A DNA stretch of 64,000 bases, taken from IMG/VR virus record IMGVR_UViG_3300032315_000979, positions 1 through 64,000 of that record, one strand, 5' to 3'. Both the position numbers and the translations under genes were made by a program. Below the pieces are notes generated by a model, which worked only from the letters and a program-made list of their open reading frames with translations, made no database searches and had not been told where the DNA came from. This DNA is from a virus. Shown one piece after another: positions 38,224 through 50,065 of the stretch; the first letter of the stretch is position 1, and each line of letters opens with the position of its first letter.

Positions 38224-39706
38224 GTTTAGATATTAGATTTATTCCAATTGGGAAACTAGCAGCTACAACAACACCAAGTCCAAAACCAGCAAAAAATTAT
38301 ATTCCTGAGTGGTGGAAAAAGATTGATTCATATATTGGTGGAAAAGCAGATTTTCTATCTGACTCAAGCCTCAACACTACAGTAAAGCATTGTATGCCGT
38401 ATATTGATGCGCTCACTGGTGGTTATATTCAAGAACTATCAACTGATATTTATGTAGACATAAAAAAAGATGCGGATAATAATTTTGTTATTAAGATAAA
38501 TCATTCCCTTCAAATTCCAGGTCTTGCCCCCATAAAATACCGAACATATCCTAAAGATGCTTCAATTCAAAAATTTCCAGAAGGCTACTATCCAATTGAA
38601 TTCACTTGGTCTGAAAACTGGGTAACTGACACCCCAGATGGGTGGTCAACATTATATACTCATCCTATGAATAGATATGATTTACCTTTTATAACACTGT
38701 CTGGTCTGGTTGATACGGACAGGGGTAAGGTTAATATTGATGGCTCAATCCCTTTTTATATCAAAGATGGGTTCTCTGGGGTTATTCCAGCGGGGACACC
38801 TATCTATCAAATGCTGCCTGTTAAAAGAGAGTCCTGGGTGTCTGATGTTGAAGAGTATAGTGAGTATAGATACTTTAGAGATCTTCCCAGATTAAAAAAA
38901 TACTTTACTGGTGGTTATGTAAAAAATATTTGGCACAAGAAGAGGTATGAGTGATGAAATCAAAAGAATCAAATGAAATAATTGTTTACTGGGCTCCCTG
39001 GTGGACTCCAGAACCTGGTATTAATCTAGACATTGTATATCATGATCCAGTAAATATATACAAAGATTTTATTTCAAGAGGCGACCCTGATAGACCGTAC
39101 CCAAACTTCATCAATTGCCCAGCTGTTTCTGAAAAGTTTAAACGAACTTTTATGGTTAAAAATGTTGCTGAAACAGCTTTGCGTTGTGATCTTGATGAAA
39201 ATAAAGAAATTAAAATTAGTTATTTAAATTCTAGAACAACAAATAGTGCTGCGGGTATTCGTCATCAACCAACCTTAAAAGAAAATCTTTTGTTTGAATA
39301 TCACATGGCATATGCGCTATTTTCAGAAGAAAGCCTAACATTGGCAACTAGCTCTCCATATTTCCATAAAACGCCTCATTTACAGTATGGTGCGCTAGTT
39401 CCTGGGTCTTTTGATATTGGTCGTTGGTATAGACCGATTATTGCAGAATTTAATTTATGGACAGACAATGATTACTTCCATATTCAGCCAGACGAGCCAT
39501 TAATGTATTGGGAATTTTTTACAAACAAAAAAATTATCTTAAAGCGATATGAAAGAACTCAAAAGCTTTATGACATTACTAGTTCTGTAATAAATTTTAA
39601 ATTGGTAAAGAGGGGTTCCAACCTTCTTTCAAGATATAAAAAATTTGATGAATCATCTTTAAGAGCTATAATTCTTAAAGAAATTAAAGCTAATTTGGTG
39701 GAGTGA
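38220..39706 (+). CDS. two conserved aquatic-phage hypothetical proteins (38220-38954, 38951-39706)
   Basis: TVKHCMPY.DA...GY / GTPIYQMLP and CPA / PGSFDIGRWYRP patterns. Confidence 0.65.
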
Positions 39707-39709
39707 TAA

Positions 39710-41182
39710 ATGAATATTGTCATTGTTGGTTCTGGTACAGCTGGTTTAATATCTTGTATATATTTAAAACAGGCTTTCCCAAAATATAATATAAAAGTTA
39801 TATCATCATCTTCAATCGGTATTATTGGTGTTGGTGAAGGCTCAACTGAGCACTGGAAGCAGTTTCAGGATTATTGCGGCATTGACCCTCACGACATGGT
39901 TATCAATACTGATGCTACTTATAAACTAGGTATCAAGTTTGAAAATTGGACCAAGCATACTCGTGAGTATTTTCATAGCGTTAATTCATCTGGAGCTCTG
40001 CATAAAGGAGGCTTTATACCAAGTTACGCAGATGCTGTTTTGAAAAATGAGTTATTAACAAATAGATTTTCATCTCTCGGTATTAATAAAAATGAAATTG
40101 ATGATGTTCAAAACCATCCTCACTATGCAAATCAATTTCATTTTGATACATTCAAAGTTAATGAATATCTTACTAAAGTTGCAAAATCAAGAGGTATTGT
40201 TTTTGTTGATGATGAAGTAACTTCTATAAAAAGAGATTCTGAATCTGGCTTTATTACTAAGGTTTCTTTGAAAAAAAATAGAGATATTAAAGGTGATTTT
40301 TTTATTGACGCAAGTGGATTTAAAAGGATCTTAGCAAGTGAATTTGACGATCAAAATTTTGTTTCATACGAAGAATATCTCCCATGCGATTCAGCAATTG
40401 CTTTTCCAACAGAAAGTGATCCTTCTGGTCAGATTAGACCTTACACTAGAGCCATCGCAATGAATTCTGGATGGGTTTGGGAAATTCCTACTCAAAAAAG
40501 AAGAGGAAATGGATATGTGTTTTCCTCCAGGTATGCAACTGAAATAGATGCTGTTGATGAGTTGTCTAAAATTTTTTCTCGTGAGATTATTCCAGCCAGA
40601 TCATTTAGGTTTAAACCTGGATATTATAAAAAAACTTGGCAGTTTAATTGCGTTGCAGTCGGTCTTGCTGCGTCTTTTGTTGAGCCATTAGAGGCAACTT
40701 CAATTAGCACAACTATTCAGCAAATTATGATTATCTCATCTCATCTATCTACATTTAATAATAAAACAAAATTTGGTATTGATGAATATCATAAACATAT
40801 GGATTCTGTGATGGAAAATATTTTGGCAATGATTTCAATGCACTACATTTCTGACAGAGACGATACAGACATGTGGAAAGACCAGAAATACACCAAGAGA
40901 CCAGATCTGGTTAATAGGTTACTAGGTCTCTGGCAAGAAAGACTTCCAGAAGCTCAAGACATCCCAAGGACTGGATTTGAATTATTTCACACCTATCACT
41001 TCTATCACATTGCTCAAGGTCAGGGGTTGATCAATACAAAAAATGCAAAAGCTCAATTGGATGCATACGATGCCAATGCTGTTATAAAAGATTGGTATGC
41101 TCAATACAGCAAGCAAAGATCTGCTAAAAAACTGATAGATCACGGAAAAGCTTTGAAGGGTCTGTATGTTGGAAATAGATAA
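39710..41182 (+). CDS. flavin-dependent tryptophan halogenase family protein
   Basis: GSGTAG, IGVGEGS, ATYKLGI, GWVWEIP (WxWxIP), FVEPLEATSI. Confidence 0.9.
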   Translation: MNIVIVGSGTAGLISCIYLKQAFPKYNIKVISSSSIGIIGVGEGSTEHWKQFQDYCGIDPHDMVINTDATYKLGIKFENWTKHTREYFHSVNSSGALHKGGFIPSYADAVLKNELLTNRFSSLGINKNEIDDVQNHPHYANQFHFDTFKVNEYLTKVAKSRGIVFVDDEVTSIKRDSESGFITKVSLKKNRDIKGDFFIDASGFKRILASEFDDQNFVSYEEYLPCDSAIAFPTESDPSGQIRPYTRAIAMNSGWVWEIPTQKRRGNGYVFSSRYATEIDAVDELSKIFSREIIPARSFRFKPGYYKKTWQFNCVAVGLAASFVEPLEATSISTTIQQIMIISSHLSTFNNKTKFGIDEYHKHMDSVMENILAMISMHYISDRDDTDMWKDQKYTKRPDLVNRLLGLWQERLPEAQDIPRTGFELFHTYHFYHIAQGQGLINTKNAKAQLDAYDANAVIKDWYAQYSKQRSAKKLIDHGKALKGLYVGNR

Positions 41183-42941
41183 CTTTATTCCAGAATTTTA
41201 TCAAGACTCAATTTTAAAAACACTGTCTGAGTCAAATATTCAATGGTTATATGTTGATGGGGTTGCTGGAACAACGACTGATGTCAACACTCCTGGAGTT
41301 CAGATGTCACAGGACCAAACTGCATTCTACCATGTCGCTTTCAGAGATGGCAAGCCAGAATCTCATTTGTTTTATACACTTAGACCGATGATAGACGCAA
41401 TTCAATATCAAATTAAAAAACCAATATCTGATCTGTCTAGAATAAGAATAGGTCTTACTACATCATCATTCCATCCTGGACATCATGCTCCACATGTTGA
41501 TTTTTATGCAAGGCATAAATCTCTGCTATACTATGTAAACGATAGTGACGGAGATACTGTCTTTTACAATGAGCATTACAATGGTGATACCAGTGTAAAG
41601 GATTTTACTGTTCAAAAAAAAGTTACTCCTAAAAAGGGTAAAGCAGTATTTTTTGATGGCTTTCATTATCACAGCTCTGGAGTTCCACAAAAAACGCTCA
41701 AGAGAATGGTGATCAATATAAATTACAGGGATGACTGATGGAAGTTGTAGACAATTTTTTACCAAGATTTTATCAGGAAACAATATATAAAAGTATATTG
41801 CTTGAGCAAACACCGTGGACTATTATTGATGAAATTAGTGGTGCAAGCTCCGATGTAGATATTGATGGCATAAAAGTATTAAAAAAACAAACTGGTTTTT
41901 ATCATATGTGCTTCGGTGACGATCAGGTTTACTCAAATCTTTTTTACACTATAAGACCAATTCTTGATGCGATAGAGCACTACTGCAATAAGCCAATTGA
42001 AAGTCTAATTAGGGTTAGGGTAGGCATGTTTACCAAATCATCAGAATCTGGAACAAATTCACCGCATGTAGACTTTTCTGACGAGCATAAATCTTTTCTA
42101 TACTATGTAAACAATAGTGACGGAGATACTGTTTTTTATAATGAAAACTATAAAAACATAAAAGATGGAAGTGGATTTAGTGTAAAGCAAAAAGTGTCCC
42201 CAGTAATGGGTAAAGCTGTTCTTTTTGATGGGCTGCAGTATCATAGCTCTTCACCACCAGTTCTTAACGACAGAAGAGTTGTTATTAATATAAATTATTT
42301 GTGAGGTACAGATGTTTAAAGTTGTAGATAATTCAATTCCATTTCATTTTCAAGAATCTCTAAAACAGATGGTTCTTGATCCAGACTTGCCTTGGTCATA
42401 TGCTGAACATTTTTCATCAGATGGTTTAAGAAACAATCCTAAGAGGACAAAGTTTATTTCAAAAGGTATGGATTTTGAAAGAAGTTATGGTTTTAATCAT
42501 AATATTTACTTTTATCAAAATAATATGGAAATACAAAAAAGCCCCCTGTTTGACCGCTTCTACCCAGTTGTGTATTCATGGATGGATCAAGTTGATATTG
42601 TTAGAGTGATTAGAATGAATTTAAGATTAACAACTAAAATTACAGATAAACCAGTTGTTGATGAACCGCATGTTGATTACAGCGATAAGGGGATTTGCAC
42701 TGTAGTTTATTATCTTTTTGATACTGATGGTAAAACAATTTTCTTTGATAGAAAATTTGAAAAAGGCGATCCTTCACAAGATGAAATTGAACTAACACCT
42801 CTGCACTCAATATCACCCAAGCAGGGTCGTGCTGTATTTTTTGATTCTGATACTTATCACTCAGCATCTCATCCATCAATGACAAATAATAGAATAACCC
42901 TCAATGTTCAATATCTAAGCTCGGAGTTTAAAGGTGCTTAA
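41166..42941 (+). CDS. three tandem 2OG-Fe(II) oxygenase-like paralogs (41166-41738, 41738-42304, 42312-42941)
   Basis: Each has PHVD...YY....DG.T.F...P..G.AV.FD...YHS...R..IN. Confidence 0.85.
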
Positions 42942-43224
42942 ACCGATTGATATTATAGAAGTTTCAAAAAAATGGGGCAGTCGTGAATACTGGACTAAGA
43001 CAAATATAGTTGAAGCTTGGGCTTTTATGACTAAGATCGCCATCATATTTCCAGGTCTGTTGTTTGGGGTGCAGTTTTGGTGGTTATATATATTTGCTCT
43101 TGTGTCAAGTTTGGCTTTGATTCTGACATCAACAATTAAGACTATGCCAACCATTATTTGGTTTAATATCGCATGGGTACTTCTTGCTTCTGCATCAATA
43201 ATTAAATATTGGTGGTGGTCTTAA
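42934..43224 (+). CDS. small membrane protein
   Basis: Three hydrophobic segments. Confidence 0.6.
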   Translation: MLKPIDIIEVSKKWGSREYWTKTNIVEAWAFMTKIAIIFPGLLFGVQFWWLYIFALVSSLALILTSTIKTMPTIIWFNIAWVLLASASIIKYWWWS

Positions 43225-43314
43225 TTTGCCCGTTCAGTATTATATTTATCGTTATTCTATTTAATAGGTTTAAAGCTTTTGTCAAATTAACTTTTTCTAA
43301 GTTATAATCTTTAT

Positions 43315-45702
43315 GTGAACATTAACTTTCGTAAAGGCTCTTGGGCGATATTGCCTGCACTAATTGTATCTCTTGTATCTATATTTATATCTTCTCCATA
43401 TGCAAACGCAAATTCTGTTTCTATTCCAAATGCAGGGTTTGAAGATAACACTTTTACTGGCTGGTCAAGAGGGTCGCAGACAGGAAATCTTGGGGCATCA
43501 ATTAACGGAGGCGGCACTGGAGTAACCATATTTAATGGCTCAAGAACATTTACTCATGGTCCAAATGGCGCAATGGGAAGCCCAACAGTTAATGGTGCGC
43601 CAAACCCATATTATGCCCCTGCAGTCGCTGCGGGTAGCTGGACTTTTTCTCCAAAAGGTGGAACATACGCTGTTGCTCTGCAACCAAAGGGTGAACAGAC
43701 ATTTAATCAAGCAGCCGCTGCCCTCGGTCTTTCTAATTCTGAAACATCTGGCATCAGATCTATGCTCGCAAGTCAGGCTTCTGCTGCTGGTTTTGGTGCT
43801 GGCAATCCAACCGATGCTGCATGGATTACTCGTGAAGTTCAATTAACCGCAGGAATAGTTTACACAATGTCTTGGAACTACATGGCAACTGATTATGTTC
43901 CATTTAATGATGGCTCAATTACCTCACTTGTCCCTGTCACCGTTGCATCAACTCCAGTTATAACTGTAAATAATTTTGAACAATCATATGCACTTCTTGG
44001 TTTTACAAATCCAGGCACAGGAGACTATTCAACAAACTCCTACGGTGCTACTGGCTGGCAAGTGTCAACTTATGAAGTTTCTGTGTCAGGAACATACAAA
44101 CTTGGCTTTACATCATTTAACCTAGATGACCAAGGTTTGTCACCAGTGTTGATGATTGATGATGAAGTAGGCGCAACGCAAAAATGCACTCAAGGAAGTG
44201 GATGTGCTGTTTTTGGTGGGGTTGAACCAAATAATGAAACAGCCCCGACACTTCCCCCAACCACTACTACGGAAGCAACTACTACTACAACCTCTACGAC
44301 TACTACGACAGTTCCACAAACTACGACAACTTCAACTACCACAACTACGACAACTTCAACTACCACAACTACGACAACTTCAACAACTAGCACTACCAGC
44401 ACAGTTCCAGAGTCAACTTCTACAACCGAGGTGGAAGTGACAACTACAACCACCACAGTTCTTATAAATACAACAGTGCCCCTAACTGTTCAACCTGAGG
44501 TTACAAATCCACCAGAAACGCTCCCAGAGGCTCCTGAGGAGGTGTTTCCACAGCCTAGCCCAGATGTAACTCCAGATCCAGAACCTGCCGTAGAAGAAAA
44601 CCCAGATGAAACCACAGACTCAATTTCTGAAGAAGTTCCTGTAGACACCAGTGTGCCAGAAGAAACAGTGACCACCGATCCAGAAGTTGTGACTACAATT
44701 CCAGAAGAGGAGACCACAACTACAGAACCAGTTGATACTGCGCCTGAAGAAGTGACCGCAGAAGAGGTAGCGGTAATTCTAGAAGAAATTGCGAACGCCT
44801 CTGCTGAAGAAGTTATTGATGTGCTGTCTACATTAAGCATTGAGGAAGTGACAGCGGTAATTGAAAATATCTCAGTTGAGCAACTTACTGAGGTTCTTAA
44901 TGATCTACCTGTGGAAGAGGTTATAAATCTGATTGAGTCAATTGACTCTGCAGAAGCGCTTGAAAATATTGTTGACGCAATCAGCGAAGAAACAATTGAT
45001 CCAGATACTGCAATTGCGGTTATTGAAAATGGAAACTTTGAAGAGCTACCAATTGAGCAAATTGCGGAAGTATTCGCTGCAATTGAACCAGATCAGTTTA
45101 CCGAAGAACAGAAAACGGAATTAGCAGCAGCACTTACTGACGCTCCTGTTGAGATTAAGGAATCGTTTGAGGAAGAAGTTGACATCTATGGAGATGGGTT
45201 TGATGACTACATCCCAACAGGTTCATCTATTGATGTTGGAACTCGTAAGACAGTTCTCGCTGCAGCTGCAGCCATGACAGCGATAACTGCAGTTGGTGCA
45301 GCAACATCTGGTGGATCTACTGGTGGTTCAACTGGTGGATCTGGAGGCTCTGGCGGCTCTGGCGGTTCTGGTAGCACAGAAGGTCGTTCCAGAAAAGAAG
45401 AAGAATCTGAAGGCGGGTTCTCTGGAGAAATTGCAGGTCCAGGAGAAGACGATGGTGAAGATTTTACAAAAAATAGTATATACAAGTATTATATAAGGGA
45501 GGGTAAAGAAATGAAAAAGTTTAATTTGTTTGGTTTTAGCAAAAAGGTGTGGGATATTACTGCTGGATTGGCATTTACCCTCGCAGGAAGCCTTGTAGTT
45601 TATATTACACTTTCTGGTGTAACACAGAAAATTGCTGGAATTGCAACATTAACAGCTATTCTTGTGCATTATGTACATGAAATTCTAAAGAATGACGAAT
45701 AA
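43315..45702 (+). CDS. large exported, membrane-anchored protein with Thr-rich stalk
   Basis: Signal peptide, beta-sandwich-like domain, poly-Thr/Pro-Glu linker, acidic helical repeats, two C-terminal TM segments. Confidence 0.8.
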   Translation: MNINFRKGSWAILPALIVSLVSIFISSPYANANSVSIPNAGFEDNTFTGWSRGSQTGNLGASINGGGTGVTIFNGSRTFTHGPNGAMGSPTVNGAPNPYYAPAVAAGSWTFSPKGGTYAVALQPKGEQTFNQAAAALGLSNSETSGIRSMLASQASAAGFGAGNPTDAAWITREVQLTAGIVYTMSWNYMATDYVPFNDGSITSLVPVTVASTPVITVNNFEQSYALLGFTNPGTGDYSTNSYGATGWQVSTYEVSVSGTYKLGFTSFNLDDQGLSPVLMIDDEVGATQKCTQGSGCAVFGGVEPNNETAPTLPPTTTTEATTTTTSTTTTTVPQTTTTSTTTTTTTSTTTTTTTSTTSTTSTVPESTSTTEVEVTTTTTTVLINTTVPLTVQPEVTNPPETLPEAPEEVFPQPSPDVTPDPEPAVEENPDETTDSISEEVPVDTSVPEETVTTDPEVVTTIPEEETTTTEPVDTAPEEVTAEEVAVILEEIANASAEEVIDVLSTLSIEEVTAVIENISVEQLTEVLNDLPVEEVINLIESIDSAEALENIVDAISEETIDPDTAIAVIENGNFEELPIEQIAEVFAAIEPDQFTEEQKTELAAALTDAPVEIKESFEEEVDIYGDGFDDYIPTGSSIDVGTRKTVLAAAAAMTAITAVGAATSGGSTGGSTGGSGGSGGSGGSGSTEGRSRKEEESEGGFSGEIAGPGEDDGEDFTKNSIYKYYIREGKEMKKFNLFGFSKKVWDITAGLAFTLAGSLVVYITLSGVTQKIAGIATLTAILVHYVHEILKNDE
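44320..44384 (+). repeat. 24-bp tandem repeat (about 2.7 copies) in Thr-rich linker
   Basis: ACTACGACAACTTCAACTACCACA unit. Confidence 0.85.
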
Positions 45703-45754
45703 ATAACTCTGAGATATAATAGGTATTGACCCGTTGGGGTAAGGAGGTGGTCTT

Positions 45755-46213
45755 TTGTCTACTTTGTTGAATGAATCAAATAAGAAAATGCTCTCGTCAT
45801 GGGCGAGATCGTTTTTTGGAGCTGCTTTGGCTGTCTATATGACAGGCAATCATGACCCGAAAGCAATTGCTACAGCAGGTGTCGCTGCTATTGCACCAGT
45901 AATTATGCGTTGGTTGAATCCAAACGATTCGGCTTTCGGAAGAAAGAAGTAAGGTTAATTTAAAATGGCACAGATACAAAACATCCTCCTTAGAATTATT
46001 GCAACATTTGCTGCTTCTGGCTTGGGTGTTGTCGGTGCTGGCACGATTGCTGGTGTCCCGCTATGGAAAGCGATTTTCATGGCGGGCATCGCAGGAGTAG
46101 CAACCGTTATTGAAGGATTGTCAAGAGCATTCCTGGATGATGGTAAACTTAGTCTAGACGAAATTGATCGTGTCTTTTCAAAAACTGAAAAGAGAAAAGA
46201 GGAGATTAAGTAA
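45755..46213 (+). CDS. two holin-like membrane proteins (45755-45952, 45965-46213)
   Basis: SWARSF...RWLNPND.AFG; two-TM proteins directly before the endolysin. Confidence 0.7.
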
Positions 46214-47055
46214 TGGCTAAGAGAACAGAATGGGATTATATCGTTGAAGTAAAGATGCCTGTTGCGCTTAAAGGTGTTGAACCAGGTAAATTACATGCAA
46301 GTTTGCTCAGGGATATTCCAGGCGGTGGAAAGTTGTTTTACCTTGCGGCTGATGCATGGTTAGCAATGGTTGAGGCTGCAAAGGCTGATGGTGTTGAGCT
46401 TAAGCCCACGAGCAGCGGCGATCTATATCGCAGTTATGAGAGCCAAAAGGCAGGATTTCTTACTCGCTACACTCTTGAGAATACAGGAACTGGATCAACA
46501 AAAACTTTTGAAGGTAAGACTTGGTACTTGAAGAAAGGTATGGCGATGCTTGCCACACCTGGTAAGTCACAGCACAACCTCGGCTTGGCAGTTGATATTG
46601 CCAATGCAAGTGATAAGAAAAGAATTAATTGGTTGATTGCTAATGTTGAAAAGTTTGGGTGGAGTTGGGAAGTAGTTCCTTCAGAGCCTTGGCATATCCG
46701 TTATGTTTGTGGTGACGCAGTACCTCAAGCAGTAAAAGATTATGTTGCTCGTAATCCAAAGCCAGGCAGTCCCTTTGGTTCAGTAGCAGAGCAAAAAGCT
46801 GCTGCTGAAGCAAAAGCAGCAATCCCTGCTCCAAACAAAATAGCTGCTGCATCTAAGCCAAACATTATAAAAGATAATAAAGGCTCTGCTGTAAAAGAAG
46901 CGCAAACTCTTCTTGTAAAACATGGTTTTGCTTGTAAGCCAGATGGTGATTTTGGACCTAAAACACAAGAGCTTGTAAAGCAATTTCAAAAATCAAAAGG
47001 TCTTTCAGTTACAGGTGATGTTGATCAAAACACTTGGGCTGCGTTGCTGGCATAA
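46213..47055 (+). CDS. endolysin: M15 (VanY-like) peptidase + peptidoglycan-binding domain
   Basis: YRSY..Q, PGKSQHNLGLAVD, EPWH; DGDFGPKT...VKQFQ..KGL. Confidence 0.9.
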   Translation: MAKRTEWDYIVEVKMPVALKGVEPGKLHASLLRDIPGGGKLFYLAADAWLAMVEAAKADGVELKPTSSGDLYRSYESQKAGFLTRYTLENTGTGSTKTFEGKTWYLKKGMAMLATPGKSQHNLGLAVDIANASDKKRINWLIANVEKFGWSWEVVPSEPWHIRYVCGDAVPQAVKDYVARNPKPGSPFGSVAEQKAAAEAKAAIPAPNKIAAASKPNIIKDNKGSAVKEAQTLLVKHGFACKPDGDFGPKTQELVKQFQKSKGLSVTGDVDQNTWAALLA

Positions 47056-47087
47056 CCAATCTTTGATAATATCTTATAGGAGATATT

Positions 47088-47719
47088 ATGGCTGCAACTA
47101 GAAATATTACTATTTATCAAGGCGATACTTATGCTCATGAGCTACGCATTAGAAATAGTGCTAATGCTAATGTAACTATTACATCTAGAACTTACTCTGG
47201 TCAGATTAGAAAGAAAAGAAACTCTGACACGGCTGCAGCGACATTTACATCTGAAATCACAAACGGTGCTAATGGCATTGTTGTTATGTCTTTGTCTGCT
47301 GCGGCTACAGCAAATATTGCTGCAGGGACATATGTTTATGATTTTCAAGAAACTAATGGCACCATTATCACCACACTGATTACTGGAACAGTAACAGTAA
47401 CTGGTGAGGTAAGTAGGTAATGGCTGGGGACATCACAACCGTTCAGGTAACTAGCGGTGACATAACATCCCTATCTGTATCTACAGATGTCTCAAATATC
47501 ACGGTTGCTTCTGAGATTACAGCAGTAACCGTACAAACGAATGATACAACAGTACTAACTCAATCCCCTGGAACTATAAATTTAGCATCACTTTCCTTTG
47601 CTACATCAGATCCAGCCGATGTCGCTAGAACTGCAAGTGTTGGAGTAAGCAATTTAGCGGCTAGGGCAGATCATGTTCATAGTGCAGCAAATCTATTAAT
47701 GGATGGAGGAAATTACTAA
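47088..47719 (+). CDS. two small virion proteins (47088-47420, 47420-47719)
   Basis: NITIYQGDT...GQIRK...GTYVYD; ARADHVH motif. Confidence 0.65.
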
Positions 47720-50062
47720 TGGCGAATACGCTGAGAATTAAAAGAAGGGCGACTGGCAGTGCTGGCGCACCTACAAGTTTGGAGAATGCAGAATTAGCAT
47801 TTAACGAAGTAGATAATATTCTTTACTACGGTAAGGGAACTGGTGGCGCAGGTGGATCTGCAACCACTGTTGAAGTAATTGGCGGTCTTGGTGCTTTTCT
47901 TGCTTTAACAACTGATCAAACAATTACTGGCAACAAGACATTTAATGGCACAACGATTGTCGCAACTCCAACTGCAAACGGTCACGCAGCTACTAAGCTT
48001 TATGTTGATAGTGCAGTTGCCAATGTCGCAACTTCGTTTACAGCGGCTGGCGATAGCGGCACAGTCACTATCTCTAGCGGAACTGACACTCTTACAATTG
48101 CTGGTGGAACTGGTTTAACATCGTCAGCAGCATCTGTTGATACGATTACACTTAATCTTGATAACACAGCAGTTACGGCAGCTAACTACGGTGCGGCTGG
48201 ATCTGTTGCAACATTCACTGTTGATGCACAAGGTCGTTTAACTGCTGCTGCAAACACAACTATTTCAATCACTGCTTCACAAGTTAGTGATAGAGCAACA
48301 AACCTTGTAACGGGTTTGACAGGAACTGCAAATGAAATTGCAGTATCAAACTCTGGTGTTGGTGCAGTAACACTTAGCCTTCCAGCTAATGTTACGATCA
48401 GTAATAACCTCACAGTTTCTGGGGATTTGATTGTTAATGGTAATACAACAACTCTTAACACAGCAACACTCGTTGTTGAGGATAAGAACATTGTTCTTGC
48501 AAATGTTGAATCACCAACGGACACGACAGCTGATGGTGCTGGATTTACAATCAAAGGTGCAACAGATAAGACATTGAACTGGGTTGATGCTACTGACGCT
48601 TGGACATCCTCTGAGCACTTCAATATTGTTTCTGGTAAGTCATTCTACATTGGGGGCTCGGCTGTACTTTCAAATACAACTTTGGCTTCAAGTGTCGTTA
48701 CCTCAAGTCTTACATCTGTAGGTACAATTGGTACAGGTGTATGGCAAGGAACTGCTGTAGCAATTGCTTATGGCGGTACTGGCTCTGCAAATGCTTCTGA
48801 TGCAAGAACTGCATTAGGTCTTGCAATCGGTTCAAATGTTCAAGCCTACAGCGCTCAGCTCACAGCACTTGCTGCGAACACTGCTACAATTGATGGTGGT
48901 ACTTTCTAATTAAGAGGCTTGAATGGCTAATGTAATTAAGTTAAAAAATTCAGGAACAGCGAATAGCGCCCCTACTTCACTTGAGGTGGGGGAGCTTGCT
49001 ATTAACTATGCTGATGGAAAAATTTATTATAAAAATTCAAGCAATGTAATTGTACAATTTTCCACTTCTAGCGGTTCTGGAATAACAGTATCTGAAACAC
49101 CGCCTGCATCACCATCTGCTGGAAACTTGTGGTATGAATCTGATACTGGTAAAACATTTATTTATTACGATAGTTATTGGGTTGAAACATCTGGCGCTGA
49201 TGGCTCTCAAGGTGCTACTGGCTCTACAGGTCCAGAAGGTGGTACAACAACCTTAACAACAAAGGGCGATATTTTAGCAAGAGATGCTTCAGCATCTGTG
49301 CGTCTTCCCGTTGGAACTAATGGAAAGGTATTGACTGCAAATTCGTCTACTACGACTGGCTTAGAATGGGTAACACCAACAGTTTATGCAACAGTTGCAA
49401 ATCTAAGTACATTGTCAAACACTGTAACAGATATTTCAGGTAATGCAAGTACTCTTTCAAATACTGTTACAACTCTGTCTGCCAATGTCAGCACTCTTTC
49501 AAATACAGTCACTTTAAAAGCTAACATTGCATCCCCAGCATTTACTGGAGTACCAACAGCCCCAACTGCCGCTAACACAGTAAATAATACACAAATCGCA
49601 ACGACTGCTTATGTAAAAACCGTTATTGGGGATTTGATAAATTCAGCACCAGCAACACTAGACACTCTTGGTGAGATTGCAACATCGCTTGCAAATAACG
49701 AATCTCTGTCATCAACATTGACAACATCAATCGCTCTTAAAGCACCGCTTGCGGATCCTACCTTCACAGGAACTGTTTCGGGTATTACAAAATCAATGGT
49801 TGGTCTTGGAAGTGTTGATAACACAACAGACCTTGGAAAACCAATCTCAAACGCTACACAAACAGCGCTTGATCTAAAAGCCCCTCTTGCAAATGCTACA
49901 TTTACGGGGACAATTGTTCTCCCAGCAACAACATCAATTGCTAATGTTACATCAACAGAGATTGGATATTTAGATGGTGTTACATCTGATATTCAAACAC
50001 AGTTAAACACAAAAGCATCAACAGGAAAAGCCATAGCAATGGCAATAGTATTCGGAGGATAA
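47719..50062 (+). CDS. two tail fibre-like proteins (47719-48909, 48923-50062)
   Basis: IKR....APTSL..GELA.N N-termini; ATTAYV, APATLDTL.EIA, KAPLA.PTFTG repeats. Confidence 0.8.
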
Positions 50063-50065
50063 GAT

